The notes under the pieces were generated by a model. It had not been told where the DNA came from, ran no database searches, and worked only from the letters and a program-made list of their open reading frames with translations. DNA of 64,000 bases from Lingula anatina. Lineage: Eukaryota > Animalia > Brachiopoda. Below, in pieces: positions 24,094-38,289 of the stretch (positions are counted from its first letter, which is position 1; the number at the start of each line of letters is the position of its first letter). The stretch is from contig CM120646.1 of NCBI GenBank assembly GCA_051362555.1, positions 22,072,001 through 22,136,000 of the forward strand. The letters run 5' to 3'. The position numbers and the translations under genes are program-made.

Positions 24094-27000
24094 TTAATAA
24101 CGTATGACTTTGGCTTAAACATAAAAAAGAACTTATTTTCTTAAATTTATTTTGGATGAAAACAAACACACACACGTATATCAAATGCAAAATAAAATTT
24201 GCTTTTTAGAGGCATTTTTGCTTTTAAGAGGCATTGTAGTTGCATAGGAAGATTAGCAGAATCCCTGTGTAACTGCGCCCTCAATTTTTGACATTTTTTG
24301 ATAAGCATGCGCTGTTCAACATGACACACCAATCATTTGTTGGACGTTGCTAGTAAGGTAGGCTAAATAAACATTTAGAAACATGAAGACTCCATGTAGG
24401 CATACATGTTGCCAGACGTGGACGCATGTAGTTACTGCAGTAACTTTACTTCTTGGTTCAATTAAAAGTTAGGTTATTCATAAGCCAACAGTGGATTATT
24501 CTTTACCAAGAACAAAATAAATATGAATGAGGAACGCTTCCTGAGTAGGTACTTTGTGCAACATACACTAAGACTATGAATTTCCACCTGCTAAGAATAT
24601 CTTTTACAGATGACTTTAATGTTGTATGGAAGCCATAGATAAACTAAACTGTGCAACATTGACATATTTTTTTCTCCGAAACTTCTTGAAAAACAAATGT
24701 TACAAATGCCACCCTCCCCTAAAACACCTATACTATCATACTATCAGACTCCACTTAATTTTAGTCATCCCTTCTTATTGTACTCTAACATGACCAATTT
24801 TAAGGGAAAATGGCTTTAAAAGAATAATAGCACCCATACCCTTGTTTCCTGCCTCGGGAATGTAAGCTGCAGCCTCCGCCCCTAAGAAGACAAAATGACA
24901 GAGTCAGTCACAGCTGAGGCGAACACCTTAGTATTCTTCTCATAGATCACTACAGCTATTAACAGTGGAAAGCTATCTATATGCGTATCAAATTCCCAGT
25001 CTGCAGCTTAAGTAAAAAAATGTGGACCCTGTTTTTGCATTTAAGAGAACCCATTTGAAGAGGCTACAGAGGGTCTGTTTGCGTGTGGAGTTTGGATCCT
25101 TGAACCAATAGCCTTTAGAGTTTTTTGATACAGATTGAGAGTTACTTTACCAATCGATAACAACGATACCCAGAATTCCATAGCCAATAACATAGGCAAG
25201 TATCTTAGAATCCATTCATAACCGGAAATGAAGGACTTATCTGATCAGGTATGATGCACGCATAAATCCACACAATTTAAACGGGCACATTATCAACAGA
25301 TAAACACACATTTTCAGATAAAGTGCAATAAAAAGAATATATTTTACCTTACATCCTTCTGTTAAATTTAAGGTGATACGTGTGGCAAAACGCACAAACT
25401 TTTCATTTTCATTTTTCATATTTCTGAAGTTTTACATCGCGTGTTTCTAACTGCACGGACATGGGAAGAAAGAGTCAATCTCTGGTGTTAAAATTCTGTT
25501 TACTTTTCGGTAAGTCTTGATTTAAGCTAGACATGGAAAATTTATTCTGTGAGAGAGTCTGAGTAAAGTTGCAGAGTCTGTTCGTTACAGACCATGAAAT
25601 AATTCTTGCGATATTCCCAGCACCAATACTCCCCCTACCCAGATAGCAAGATGGTGTTGGGCCAATTCTGGCATAGTTGGCCTTTGGTTGGCATTGTCAT
25701 GCCGCCACTGGGCCATTGTTGGACCAACATAATTTTTGACGTTTAACCTATGTAGGACCAACGTTGGGTCAACTTAGGACCAACATAATTTTTTCACATT
25801 GATCTAATGAGAAATGATAACAATCGCGTTTAACAATAGACTGCGAGCTATAGTAAGACCACCTCCTTTTTAACCGATGTCTTACAACGTAGATTTTGCC
25901 CACAGTTTATTAATTTATTTTAAGCAATTTGAATCATAAGTATGTCTCATAACTATGTTTAATAATGAACGTTATTTGTTGAGGATCAATGCTTAATTCT
26001 TATCGCGTGATATGTATGTATATCTAAACGAAATGTCAATGTTATACTAGACTGTTATTGCCCGGGTGTCGCGCGTGTGCTTTCTTACAAGAGTGATCTA
26101 AAACAGGTCTCTCGTGTATGTAACTGAAGCAAAATCTGTTCGACATGACGTTTCTGCATGACAGCCGGACACACAGTAATTGTTTATCCTTGCGCCGCTG
26201 CAAGTGCACCTCTTTTAATCAAATATTTTTTACCGTATAAACGTTTGGACGCTCTTAAAAAGTGGGGTCAAAATGATTTTATATGGAATTTATCTTACGG
26301 TCACAAGAAGGGTGGGTTTTTCGTTGTTCTTTAAAGATAGACGTAACATTAGTATGTCAAGGATATATGCTTAGCTCTTCTTGTGCAACAGACTTCAAAA
26401 TTACACATGGCAATACATATAGCAGTGTTTGAGGTTGAGCATCAAAATTTAATTGGTCCCTGACATATTTTGGACCACCTAGCTAACTTATCCAATTCGT
26501 AGTCAAATTTTTCTTTACATAATCAGCGTGCATGACAGGGCGTATCTTTATCATCACCAATCTTACTAGTATCAAGGCAAGGGTACAGCATCAAAAGGAT
26601 TTTTAAAGGAATTGCCTAAAAGGTTGCTGTGATATTTGAACCAAAACGATTTGCTGAAAGATCAAATTAAAATTGATGTCTATTCCACAAAATAGTGTAT
26701 ATTACTACAACAATGCGTTTGCATTTAATGTAACCCTTCCTTAAGGGCCATGTACTGATTATAGTAGCACACCTTGATGCGAAACAGTCTATCGTTTCTT
26801 CCACCTTGGGTACCTCAAATTTAAGTGCCATATTGTATCACTCATATTACCCATTTCATTTGACCTTCTCTCTGTTTCTCTCCCTTCCTCTCTCTCTTGT
26901 TAGAAGGAGGGGAAATAATTAAGCACCCAAAATCTGCATCACCAATCTTCAGAAAAGAAGAGTCAATGAACTAGTGGGCTGGTTCACAACGTCCGACAAA

Positions 27001-28781
27001 GCAAAATTAAATCAAATAACAGCTGGCACAAATTTAACTGCAGCTAGCTAGTGCTTAGACATAATAACGAATCCTGGCTCTCAGCAGTTCGAGTTTTTTT
27101 ATTTCTTTTCAAAAGTTTTACAAACCATGGCTAGCTATTGTCATTTTTTCTTCACAATTTATTCATGTTTTACTATATATCAACACAGAAACGGAAGCTA
27201 AGAATAGATACATTTTAAGGTTCATATCATCTGTATTAGATGCAAACTTGCTTAATTTAAATGACATCACACTGTGCAACTATAGACAAGTAGGTAATGT
27301 AATTGTCGACACCATCGTTAAGTTAAAAAAACAATGTTGGCGTTTAAAGTGCAATATTGGCATTATTTTCAAATTCAGTTGGTAGAATAACAATTGTGAA
27401 GGTGTTTAAATACAGTAATTGGAATACGTACTGCCTTCAACGCGTTTTTCTCATTTATAAATGCATCAATCAATCAAAAAATTCAATTTAATAACATACT
27501 ATAAGAATATTTTGAATCGGAATACATTTACAATTTTGATGGGATATATCCAAGGCAACAGTAAAATTATCATGTTTTAACGTGTTAATTTCCAAATCAA
27601 AATGGAATAAAGAAGCTTAGGAATTTATCCCTCACTGAAATGCTCATTTTGTGTTTATAATTGCATGCTGCGAACTCCTCATTTGCCCAATTATACCATC
27701 CACGTATTGTTGTGCAGTGATGCAACGAAGCGTTAATCGGGCGTAGTTAAGGCCTCCTTTAAACAACCGGACACAGAACTTAAGGATCGAAATTTGGGTG
27801 CAATTGAAATAAAAAAAAATTAAAATTGCTTTCCGAACATGTTTATATGTAATCTCCGTTTGCTAACCAACTTAACAATTTTGTTTAGACTAAGCTTATG
27901 TAGATCTACTCAAAAAGTATTCATTATCTCCATTAATGTAGATGTGCTTTGTCCTGCACTATTGGTTTTAATGTGGCAGTTTTAATACCGTTGCCGGACA
28001 TCCCAACCTTTGTCAATGCTAGGTCTACAATTATATGCTTTCTTTTGATTTGCTTACCCGGGCTGGACATACTACAGTGACATCATGGTGGTATAAGTCT
28101 AAATATTTTTCTTATTGCTTTCTGTACAATGGTATTGCCTCGTGCTGGCAAAACACACCGTCGGATTTTGTAATCTATTCCATACGCATTTAATGTTACA
28201 TTAATATTGTCTTTGAAGTTTTATTGCAAATAAAATCTAAAAGAAAATCCAGTATATAACATGTAATGTAATTAGTTTTGTGCTTCCTAGAATCGCCCAA
28301 GGGCAGCGTAAATTGTAAAATGGCACATTTCCAGGAAGACAAAGATGGCATTTCGTCGCTTAAACACTCTTTTTTCATTTGTCAGTAGTTAAAAAATTCA
28401 GCGGTGCTTGAGCGGTTAAAAGTAAAATTAACAAATGAAGGGTGTGTAATTTAATTACATAAACCACTAGTACTGTTGAGTAATGAAGATAAGTAAACGG
28501 TTATCTTTAAAAATCACTAAGCCAAGTTGCATACAGTCCGAGGTAAAGGATTGACTATGTTCTAAGTTGTTTTCTTATTGTTCCACAATGTTTCATATAA
28601 ATTGTGTCATATAAATTGGTGCCAAGAGGGTGGGCTCTTTTGAAAAAAATTCGTATTACAAAAACATTTTTAATAAAAAAAAATGTCTCATTTTAAACCA
28701 AAGCCAAGGGATTCTATGCTGTGGGGAGTAAAGGTGGTCGGGAGTCTGGTGCGGGAATTTAAGGATGTGTGAGAGTACCGG

Positions 28782-29983
28782 TGTGGCAGGAGTGCACGTC
28801 CTAGTAACTCAAGTACTCCCGGACACTAAGTCCTGGGAATGCAAGTCCTAGGGCATGCATTGCTAGGAATGGAAGTCCTAGGACAAACGTTACTAGGATT
28901 CAATGTCCGTAGGACGAAGGCTCCCAAGTAATGCAAGTCCTACGTGTAGTAATGTACGTCCTAAAGGGACGTGCGTTCCTGACATTTTAGTAACGCATGT
29001 CCTATATAGTTTACATCTAGAAATGACATGAATAAATAGATATTGAGGTATACTAAATTTAAAGATATAATAAAGATTTGCTTTATTTCATTTTATTTTA
29101 ATATTTTACGATCTTTTTATGTTCCGTTAGGAAGTTTATATACATATTAATGAAGTAACAAAACACGGTTACCATAGTTTTTCTTCATTTATTTTATTTT
29201 GTGTAATTTTCTTGTAGTAAACGCATATTTTTACATGGTGTCATTGACCTTCTTAGGCCTTCAAATGAGGGGAATATCACTTTACACAAAACACGGGATC
29301 TCCGTTCTTAGATTAATTTTTCGGTTTACACAAACAGAAATTGAACAATAACCTCAAACTCAACGGGGATTTGCTCTTGGATTTAAGGCAAATCAAGATT
29401 AGAATCAGTTTAGAATTTGAAATTATATATAATGTTCTGTTATATTCCTCTGGTATTTTGGCTCTTTGAGGCTTAAAAAAACTAGTTGTAAGTGTAATAA
29501 TCACAGAATTTAGAATATTATACATTAAAAACATCAATAAACTGTTGGGTATAACAAGTTATCCGAGGAGGGGGTTGGAGGGGGGGAGGCAAGGTCATGT
29601 CAAAGGTAGGTCTCGAACCCAAGGATGTAACAGTGCGATTAATGAACACTTACCTTACGGTTTTGCACGCTAACCACTACACAGACGAGCTGACGTTGCA
29701 AACCACACATTATTTGCCTGATATATGGCTCACCAGAAGGACTTTATATACATTTATAGTTTTATCATTTAACAGTATTATTGCGTAAGGATAGGACTTT
29801 CAAATGGCCGGACTTACATTACTGCCATAGGAAATAAAGTCCGCCAGTAATATAAGTCCTACCTACTATAATTATGAGCCAGGAGCCCAAGTCCCAGTAA
29901 GACTACTATTCCCAAGTAATGGTAGTCCTACGGGCAATCATTACCAGGAACCGAGGTCCTGGGGGACTTGGATTACTGTTACA
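28782..29983. mobile_element. Non-autonomous Ginger-like DNA transposon
   Basis: TGT...ACA termini, CCGG on both sides, imperfect TIRs, subterminal short repeats (aagtcctag). Confidence 0.65.
29600..29690 (-). repeat. tRNA-derived (SINE-head-like) fragment
   Basis: Minus strand has A-box-like TAGTGGTTAG and B-box-like GGTTCGAGAC; no complete cloverleaf. Confidence 0.4.
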
Positions 29984-31444
29984 CCGGCCTGGGGATGTTT
30001 TGTATCGGTGAAGGGGAGTAATGGTGCGAAGACATACAGCGATCGATGTATCCTCCTTGTTAAAGGTACATACGAACCGAGCACCGGTGGAGCGTGGATT
30101 CCCAGTAACACATGTAAACCACTTCTACTAGATTCTTATATGACTCAAATAAATTCGACATGCCAAGGGATAAACTGAATAGATCACTCGATCAGCCATA
30201 AAAGACCTTTAGACTGCTCCTTTCTTTAAATTTTTGGTTGTAAATTTAACCTACTTTCGTTACCTACTTTCCTGTCCCATTGACATACAGCTTAGAATGC
30301 CAGCAGAAAAATCCGTTCAAACATCATTTTCGGGTAAAACTAAACAATGCCTTTTGGTAATTCTCTTAGATATACTACTTGAGACTATATGCTGGCATTT
30401 GGTTGGTTTTTGTGACAAAAAATTGACTTTGTATGCATCTTTAATCAACTTAACCAACTGAATTTTCTAGGGCCTCAAAAACCGGGTAAGTCGCCGGTAA
30501 TAACGCCATAAAGTTTTTATCTTTATATTTTGCTGTTACGCGTGGCAGTGAATACAACACCGTTATAATCCTCTGTTATTTATTAACTACTCTCCAGTTG
30601 GCTCCCGCACCGCCTTCTTTTTCATTATATCTCTACCTCATTCAATTGCAGGCGGCTTTCTCTCCGTTCATATTAAACACATTTATTTAAGTATCATAAG
30701 AGCACGCGATTCAACAAAACACTTTAAAAAACACTCCCTGTTCCTTATTTGGGGCTATCAAATACTTACATTACAAGTACCACCGACCTTGTTGAAGAGG
30801 AAGTGAAGTATACAGAGACTTCTCAAAAATAATAAAGCTGATATGTATACACATTATGACTAGATTGATCCATTATGTTCCAAGTTACGAAGCAAAATAG
30901 TACATGTTTTCTAATTTTTTCACAAAATGTTAAAAAAGTGTCACTTTTGGGTCACAAAAAGGGCTGTGATCTTTTGAAAAAAATATTACAGAAAATTAAC
31001 TGTGTTTTGGTGTAGCATTTAAAATCGAAGCGAAGGAAAACCACGCTGTGAGGGAGTGACGTTTCACGGGAGTAGCGGTGCGGGGAGTATTGGTGCAGGG
31101 GCGTAAAGATGCGGGGTGGTATCGAAACAAGGTTGCTTCGGTGTGGGGGAATGACAGTGCGGTGGAGTATCGGTGCTTTGGAGTTTTGGTGCAGGGAAGT
31201 AAAGGGATGTAACCTCAAAATCCATAAGTAATGAAGAGGTGTTCTTGTCTCGACTAGCCATTATCAACCATCGCCAATCTCTGTCAACAAGGGCAGGTCA
31301 AATTTAATAAACTACATTCTGTTGATAGTTTTTCTGTGATTTCCTTCACAGAAATATTAAAGTGAATTTATCAGCAGCCAAAATGTAGGGGACAATACTA
31401 CAAGTATCTCTCATCTCAACTGATGCTGGGTGGGTGCCGGGTAA

Positions 31445-31502
31445 ATTCTCTACCAGAAGCTTCTTTATGCACTACTGCCAATTCTCATATATTTACATAC
31501 AG
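31445..31502 (+). pseudogene. Gene B: signal-peptide exon lacking an in-frame ATG
   Basis: (ATT)LYQKLLYALLPILIYLHT G|gtattt joins GLAASQ of the V exon; in-frame TAA immediately upstream. Confidence 0.5.
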
Positions 31503-31699
31503 GTATTTTGTTTCTAATGGGACTGACATTTAATTACATGCATGTTTGCCAAAAGTCAAAGGAGTGAAAAATCACCAAACTAGCAGTCACATGTACGTGT
31601 GGCTTATATGTGAATTAAGAAGGGAAATGTTAGATAGACCTTATGCATATTCATGAGATAATTTATTCAGTTTTTCAAGGCCCCCGGCCCATAATAGTA

Positions 31700-32660
31700 C
31701 ATAATAGTAATAATAATAATAATAAATAATAATAATAATAGGAAAGTCCATGAGAAGTATTAAGGATTATTCATTTTTGTCAGTGATCCAAAATTTCTTT
31801 TCTTAATATAAAAGCATTAAATATATAAGCAGCTAGACTAGAGATTAAATTTGTGTTTTTGTGGTCATTAATCTTAAAAAAACTTTCTTTAGTAGGGTTA
31901 TTCACTTGCAGATATTTTTCTCTTAATTCTGTATATGCTACACATCTCATTAAAAAATGGTATTCGTCTTCAACATCATACATATTATTTTTTTTTACAG
32001 ATTAAACAGAGTATATTGCATCTGTCTATACCTCTCCATCTACCGCTCTCAATATTTAGTAGGTGATTTGCGCATCTGAATCTTGCTAGTGAGGTTCTAT
32101 GTTTTACATTTTAACGCTTAATAAGTAACACTCCAGTGTTAACATACTCTTAAATAATGAATAAGTATCCAGTTTGCTGCTCCTACATATGTCACTGTGC
32201 CATATTTGGCCAGCATTATCTACTAATCTTTCTCTGAAAACTTTAATAAATAAAACATAATTTCCCACATCCTGAGCCCCCCAGACATACCCAAATCCAT
32301 ATCTGTATAACAGCGTTTTAACATCTGTGGCCCAAGTGTGCCTTCCACTTGAATCTAATTTAAATAGCATATCATATACATGAGCAAGATATCGATCTTC
32401 ATTCATATGTACAAGCTTTAACCAATATTTAATGCTGTTTACCATATAATTGGTATACAATGGATATCTTTCGCATTCGCCTAGTACAGCTTCCGTCACA
32501 GTATTTGAACTAACACCTAATAAATATCTACAAAAATTTGCCTGGAAGATCTCAATACTTTCTACTGGTTTATAACCCCATATCTCAGCACCGTAGAAAA
32601 GAATGGGTGTTATCATTCCATCAAATAGAAAGAAAGCTTCCTTAAAGGAAATACATGCTT
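31700..32660 (-). mobile_element. 5'-truncated non-LTR retrotransposon (RTEX/CR1-like 3' end), decayed
   Basis: PILFYGAEIWG..FCRYLLGV..YWLKL; C-terminal VEDEYHFLMRC; ATT-repeat tail. Confidence 0.85.
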
Positions 32661-32849
32661 GTTCTTTTTTTGGTTGATTTGATGTTGGATAGTTTTACCC
32701 CAACCGAGGAAGGCACCAAAATATTTTTCCTGTTACCTCATAAAATGGGTTATGTTTCTCTTCTATACTTGTTACCATGTCCAAGATTAATTATCTATGT
32801 TGAGCTGATATATAACTGGTTTTAAAGCAATGTATCGGCCTATTGATGT

Positions 32850-33360
32850 GTGGTGCAATTTTCCAACGAGAGACGATATTGAGAGAAATGGAATTATCAA
32901 TTAACATCCCCAATTAGAGCAGACAAAAGTCGGTAATATGAACATATACATACAATTCACGGCAATATTGATGTCAACTTTGATAAAAGGATATCAAAAG
33001 ACCCCCAGGCGCGTTTTTGTGTGTCACAAATGCATATGTGGTGCCTTATTGCAACGGGAACCGATGTTGAGAGTAAAAGAGAACAACATTTATTAACATC
33101 CCCAAAATCGAGTAAACGTTAGCCGGTAAAATGGACAGGTATATGCAGTTCACAGCAGTGTTAACGTTAACTTTGATGAAGGGATATCAAAAAGCCCAGG
33201 GATGCGTGTTTGTGTGTTACAAATGAGTGTGTGGTGCCATATTACAACGAGAGCCGATATTGAGAGTAAAAAACTATATTATAATTCTAAAAATACAGCA
33301 GATTTTAGCAAGTAAAATGAATCTATATATAAAGTACACGTCAGTCTTGATGTTATCTTT
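32850..33360. repeat. Diverged tandem repeat, ~190-bp unit, ~2.6 copies
   Basis: caacg..cgat(a/g)ttgagag recurs near 32865, 33052 and 33246. Confidence 0.75.
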
Positions 33361-34019
33361 ATGTAAAAGGTACATATAAAAACAGCCTAAAAATATGTCA
33401 GTGAGCCTAAGAAATCGGAGAGAAATTGCGTCATTTTAATTCAAGACACGATTAAAGGTATCATTTTTGTCGCATCTCAGGCTATAATTACTCAAACGGG
33501 GAGAAAATTTCGACACTATAAATAATTTCCTATCGGATCATAGCTTAAAACAAGTATACTACACTACAATTATACAATTTTGAATGCTCATTTTACACCA
33601 ACAAACAAGATTGCCTTTACCACATAGGGCATTTTGAATTCCCCCATGAACAAACATATCAAATTCTCACATAGCTTCCAAATTGACAGAACAAATTGCT
33701 CTTATACTTAATCTCTATAGGTCTATTGTCTCATCCCAAATATATGCAACACTGACAATACATTTCAAGGAAAACCAATGGGCCTATTGTCTAGAGAATC
33801 ACAGGAGTGATCAGTGTTAGGAAAATACAGGTCAATTCGAAAATCTGCTTGATTGTACCATTTTTAGTAATATTTTTTTTGTTGCATATTTTGAGAGCTT
33901 TTGTTGATTGCATTTTATAGAGCTTGTCAAGCACAAGATGGAGGTGTCCCTCTTTTTTTTTTTTTTTTTTTTTTTTTTGGGGGGGGGGTGGGGTGGGGGT
34001 CCATTCGAATGCGCTTAAT

Positions 34020-34072
34020 CCAGCTGGTGGTACAATATCCGGAGGCGGTATTTCCTCTCTGATCCTCTAGTT
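34020..34072 (+). mobile_element. Helitron-like 3' end
   Basis: ccggaggcggtat..cctct..ctagt; related to 40210-40249. Confidence 0.4.
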
Positions 34073-34174
34073 ATATATCATTTTCAAGAGATAGTGTGTA
34101 CCAGTCTTGCCTTTTTGTAAATTGTTCGGATTTCATCAATTTTTGTTTATCAATAGTTTATTCCATTGTTTCAG

Positions 34175-34498
34175 GTTTAGCAGCATCTCAGACAGTGACT
34201 TTATCAGACAGCACAGCTCGTTATAACAATACTGCCATCCTGACATGTACGATATCCCCCAGGAGTGCAACAGTTGATGTTGTCAACTGGAGTAAAACTG
34301 GAAACCCTGATAAGAAAGTGTATTCATCAATAAATGGATCTTTAGGAGATTTTAGTGGTCGAGTGAATGGCAAATTTATTTCTCCTGGACACTTTGAGTT
34401 ACATCTATACAACCCTACTCTTCAGGACGCAGGGAAATATGCCTGTACCATGGTTGTTGAAGGTTTGGGTACAACAGGCTCCGGGTATTTAACTGTCT
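34175..34498 (+). CDS. Gene B: V-set Ig domain exon
   Basis: ttcag|GT..T|gtaagt; ILTC..VNW..FSGRV..LHL..QDAGKYAC..GSGYLTV. Confidence 0.9.
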
Positions 34499-36491
34499 GT
34501 AAGTACTTAATTAAGGTGACAATTCACTTCTTCTTAGCATTCTCATTACGATCGTTGACGCATGAAGGGTCATTTTGTGTGCACTGACAACCAGTGCGAC
34601 TAAAGTTGAAAAATACCAATAACCTAAAGGTTGCCTATCGCTCTCTTCTTGGTTGCTAGTAGGTCGCTATAAGCAGTAGCACACCACTTGCAACTGCGCG
34701 GTCAATTGACGGTATTTAGTCGTCTGGTCGCTTACAAGTTTCTTATCAGTCGCAGGAAGTCGGCAGCAGTCGCTAGAAGGTTGCAATTATAAATGCATGG
34801 TCGATTGACGGCCTTTATAAATATATAGTGGCTAGGTTTCTTACCAGTCGCAGGCATTCGACAGAAATAAAGTGTGCGTAGGATGGTTGTCGCTTTTGGC
34901 GGAGATAATTTTTCATAATTTGTCATGTATGTCTTCTAAATATCATGATAATAAACCGTAATGCTTTAGAAAAAGAAAACAAATTGCATTTGTTGGCAAG
35001 ATTTTACGATTATTCTCAAAGTTTACATACGTCACGTATTTAAACGTACGAAACTAAAAAAATAATATGAGGCTAAGAAGCAATGTACGAATTTGTAACG
35101 CTACGCTAGTAGTTTATCATTTTGCAAATACCATGGGTAAATATGCTGATCACCGAAACCCAATATAAAGGTGCAATTGATGTCACAGGCATGCTCATAA
35201 AATATTTAGTGCACAGATTGCAAACTATGTCTGGGTCCCACGTGAAGAAGTTTATATGAAAGTTTCACTCTCCTGAAACCTAGCATGATTAATAAAAAAA
35301 AAAAAACCTTCTATTCCCTAAAAGGAACATACCTTACTGTAACAAATGTAAAACGTTCAACTACGAAACGTTTTACTCACTTCGAAAATTCAATCATCAC
35401 TTGATTTTGTTCTTTGATTTATCTCCAACAAATATAACCTTGTAAAAATTACAATAATTTTCTGTATAGAGCAATTAATTGTCTTTGAGCTACTTTAGTT
35501 TGCTTGTCACTGAATATTAAAAAAACGGGTAAAATACTCCCTACCGACAGTAAAATAAGCATTAAATAAATTATTTTTCCCCTCGTGCTCCATATATCAT
35601 ATAAGAAATGTCAAACTATCATGGAATCACAATATATTTCTCGGACAGGAAAAGAAAACATTGTTTTCTCTGCACACTAAGTACTTAAACAATTTTTCTA
35701 GGGAACACACGTTACCCTTGAGATATAGTTGTTTTTTTTAAATATTTATGAAAACGTCCTGACGTCATGTCTTATTTACCATGACTGAACCACTACAAAA
35801 TATATGGAAACATGGTATACGTTACTCTTTGTGTAAAGTAAAAGAACTGGTAAAAATTCAAATTTGAATTTAAATTGAGACAGTCGCGGATTTTTGTTCT
35901 ATACACAGATATGTTTTTAAAAATTGAATACAACTTTGAATTCATTCAATTTTATTTTTTGACACTTCAGCATGTGAAATACATCTCTATATTGGGTTTG
36001 GGTGTGATACTCCCAATGTTTCATTGCTGTATGTCACTCGAAATTTGCAAAGTCATCTTATCTGAGTAAGCAATGAATCAAATACACGAAAAAACGGAAA
36101 ATGAAAAAAGTTTAATAATTAAATTCTGATCAAAAATTGCACTTTAAGGCAAAGTCAAGGTCACTAGTTAAGTCTGATCTATTGACTGCACTTTAACGAG
36201 AATCCCTGCTGAGTTAAATTGATCCAACTGGTATGTCTGAATCTAAATGCTCCCTTTAACCTTCGAGACTGACACTGTCATTGAGATAGTATACATAGAA
36301 GGTTTGTAATATGTCCCTTTGGAATGGTCTTCTCTGGTGTGCATAATTATGTGGCGTAAAGGATTATCTTTTACATATCTGCCCAAAATACTTTAAAACA
36401 AACAAAAATGAAACAATTAGGCTATAGAAATGACAGATCTATAGCAAGTGAATATATAGTGACAATATAAAAACATTGCTTCTGATTTCAG

Positions 36492-36776
36492 CAAAGTTAC
36501 CAGACATTAAAATTTCTCCACCAAGTCTTGAAACAATTAAGGAAAAAAAGAACCAGACATTTAATTGTTCCTCTGGACCGTCCTATCCTGCAGTTACTCT
36601 GACATGGAGTTGCATTGGTGTTGTATGCAGCGTTGTTCAAGGTACAACAGAAAACAGTACAGAGATACCCTCAGCAGTGGTAACAAAACTCCAGGCAATC
36701 TGTCCTCTGCATAATTCCACCAATTGCACATGTGAGGCATCATCTGGACATTCAGCGACTGTTGCATTTAAAAAAG
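36492..36776 (+). CDS. Gene B: Cys-rich C2-like Ig exon
   Basis: ttcag|CA..G|gtaaga; TFNCSSGPSYPAVTLTW..NCTCEA. Confidence 0.8.
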
Positions 36777-38068
36777 GTAAGAATGCACCCATTTCCCATT
36801 TTAAAATGAGAAAAAAACGTCACATTTTATGTAATAAAACTAAATAAATTAAAAAAATAATAATAATAAACCCCTTAAGCCATATATGTCCTCACGGTCA
36901 CATAACATCCCATGACTAGTGTAAGCCACCCTCACTTTTTCTCATAAAATATGTATCCTCAACTTATGGAGTTATGTCGCATAATTTTCAGCTTTTTTTC
37001 CAGCTAGGTTTGTGGCTTGTTAATTTTTTACTTACCCAGCTGTTGTTTCAGTTATCGATATCTTTTTTTTCTGAACAAGCTTCGGCACAACATACCTGTA
37101 CCTGTACAGCGTGTAGAAGGTCTTCACACAAAGACCCTGCTAGATTTTGTCTTTGGCAATTACCTTTTATTGTTTGCTGAAATATATACCCTTAATGCAT
37201 AAAGCTGAGAAAGCAATTTTGTCTCAACACATTTTCCTTAATGAAGTCACTGAGCGTTCCGACGAAAGGACAAAGAGAAAAGCGAGATATATCAGGATAT
37301 TTTTAGTCTGAATTGTGAGATATGTAGATATGTCCCCAAGTCGTGAGAATCATGGCGACATTGGGGATGTTGACGGGCATGGGCCACAGACTAATTGGCG
37401 TTTGAGAACTTTACAGAAATCACACACAAAAAAATCACCCCATCAAAGTATTTAAATAGCTGAGGCCTAAGCCCCCAATTGTAAGAAGAAAACAAATCAG
37501 CGAGACACGTTTGGGAGGTTGGCTTTCAGCCTAAAGCAAGGTGCAATACTGTCAAATTAATATGTGTTCATTCAGTTGGAATATAGCGCTCATCAACTTA
37601 CACCTTGTCGCGTTTGGTGAGGACGGACTCCCATCTCCGAGGATGACTCCGAGGATGTTTGCTACCCTCACAATCTATTGTGAGATTTGTTTGGTAATAA
37701 ACAGAATATATTGTCTATAAGATTGATATGTACAAAATGTCGCCGGAATAAATAGCATGACAGTACTTCATGTGTGTTATTATCCCCTTTTTTTGTCAAA
37801 CCCAGGAGGCAGTATGCCCTGGTCTTTGTTCCTCTCTTTACTTCGTATTTACAACAATTAAGGTCCTGATGAAACATCTTGGTATTGCTAGTGTGGGGGT
37901 AGACCGTCAACAATTTGGATATAATTGTGCTTTTAACTCTGATTTACATGTATTTAGGTGGTATTCATTTGTCAGGTTTAACTGGCTTGTTTCATGCATC
38001 TTGTTGGATTGTGAGAATGTAATTGCCTCTGAGTAAATGACAATTTCTATTTTTGTTTTTACTTCTAG

Positions 38069-38289
38069 GTGATACCAATGTTACATCAGGTTCAGGTCAG
38101 CCTTTGTTCCCTTGGTTGGATGGGCTTCTTATTGGCTTATATATATTCTGCGTGGCAGTGGTTTGAATCGTCTTTTTGGTGGTGAAATTCAAAAGGGCAT
38201 CATTGCAAAGAACAAAAAATGAAAATGAGATATATCAGGATTGGATAATGATTATTAAAGTGACTGAATTCGTAGTGTTGTTAAATTAG
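38069..38289 (+). pseudogene. Gene B: TM/cytoplasmic exon with in-frame stop inside the TM
   Basis: ctag|GT; LFPWLDGLLIGLYIFCVAVV*IVFLVVKFKR..ENEIYQD; TGA at 38164-38166. Confidence 0.7.

Noticed and set aside
29600-29690. Functional tRNA gene
   Set aside because: A and B boxes are present but no acceptor or anticodon stems can be built
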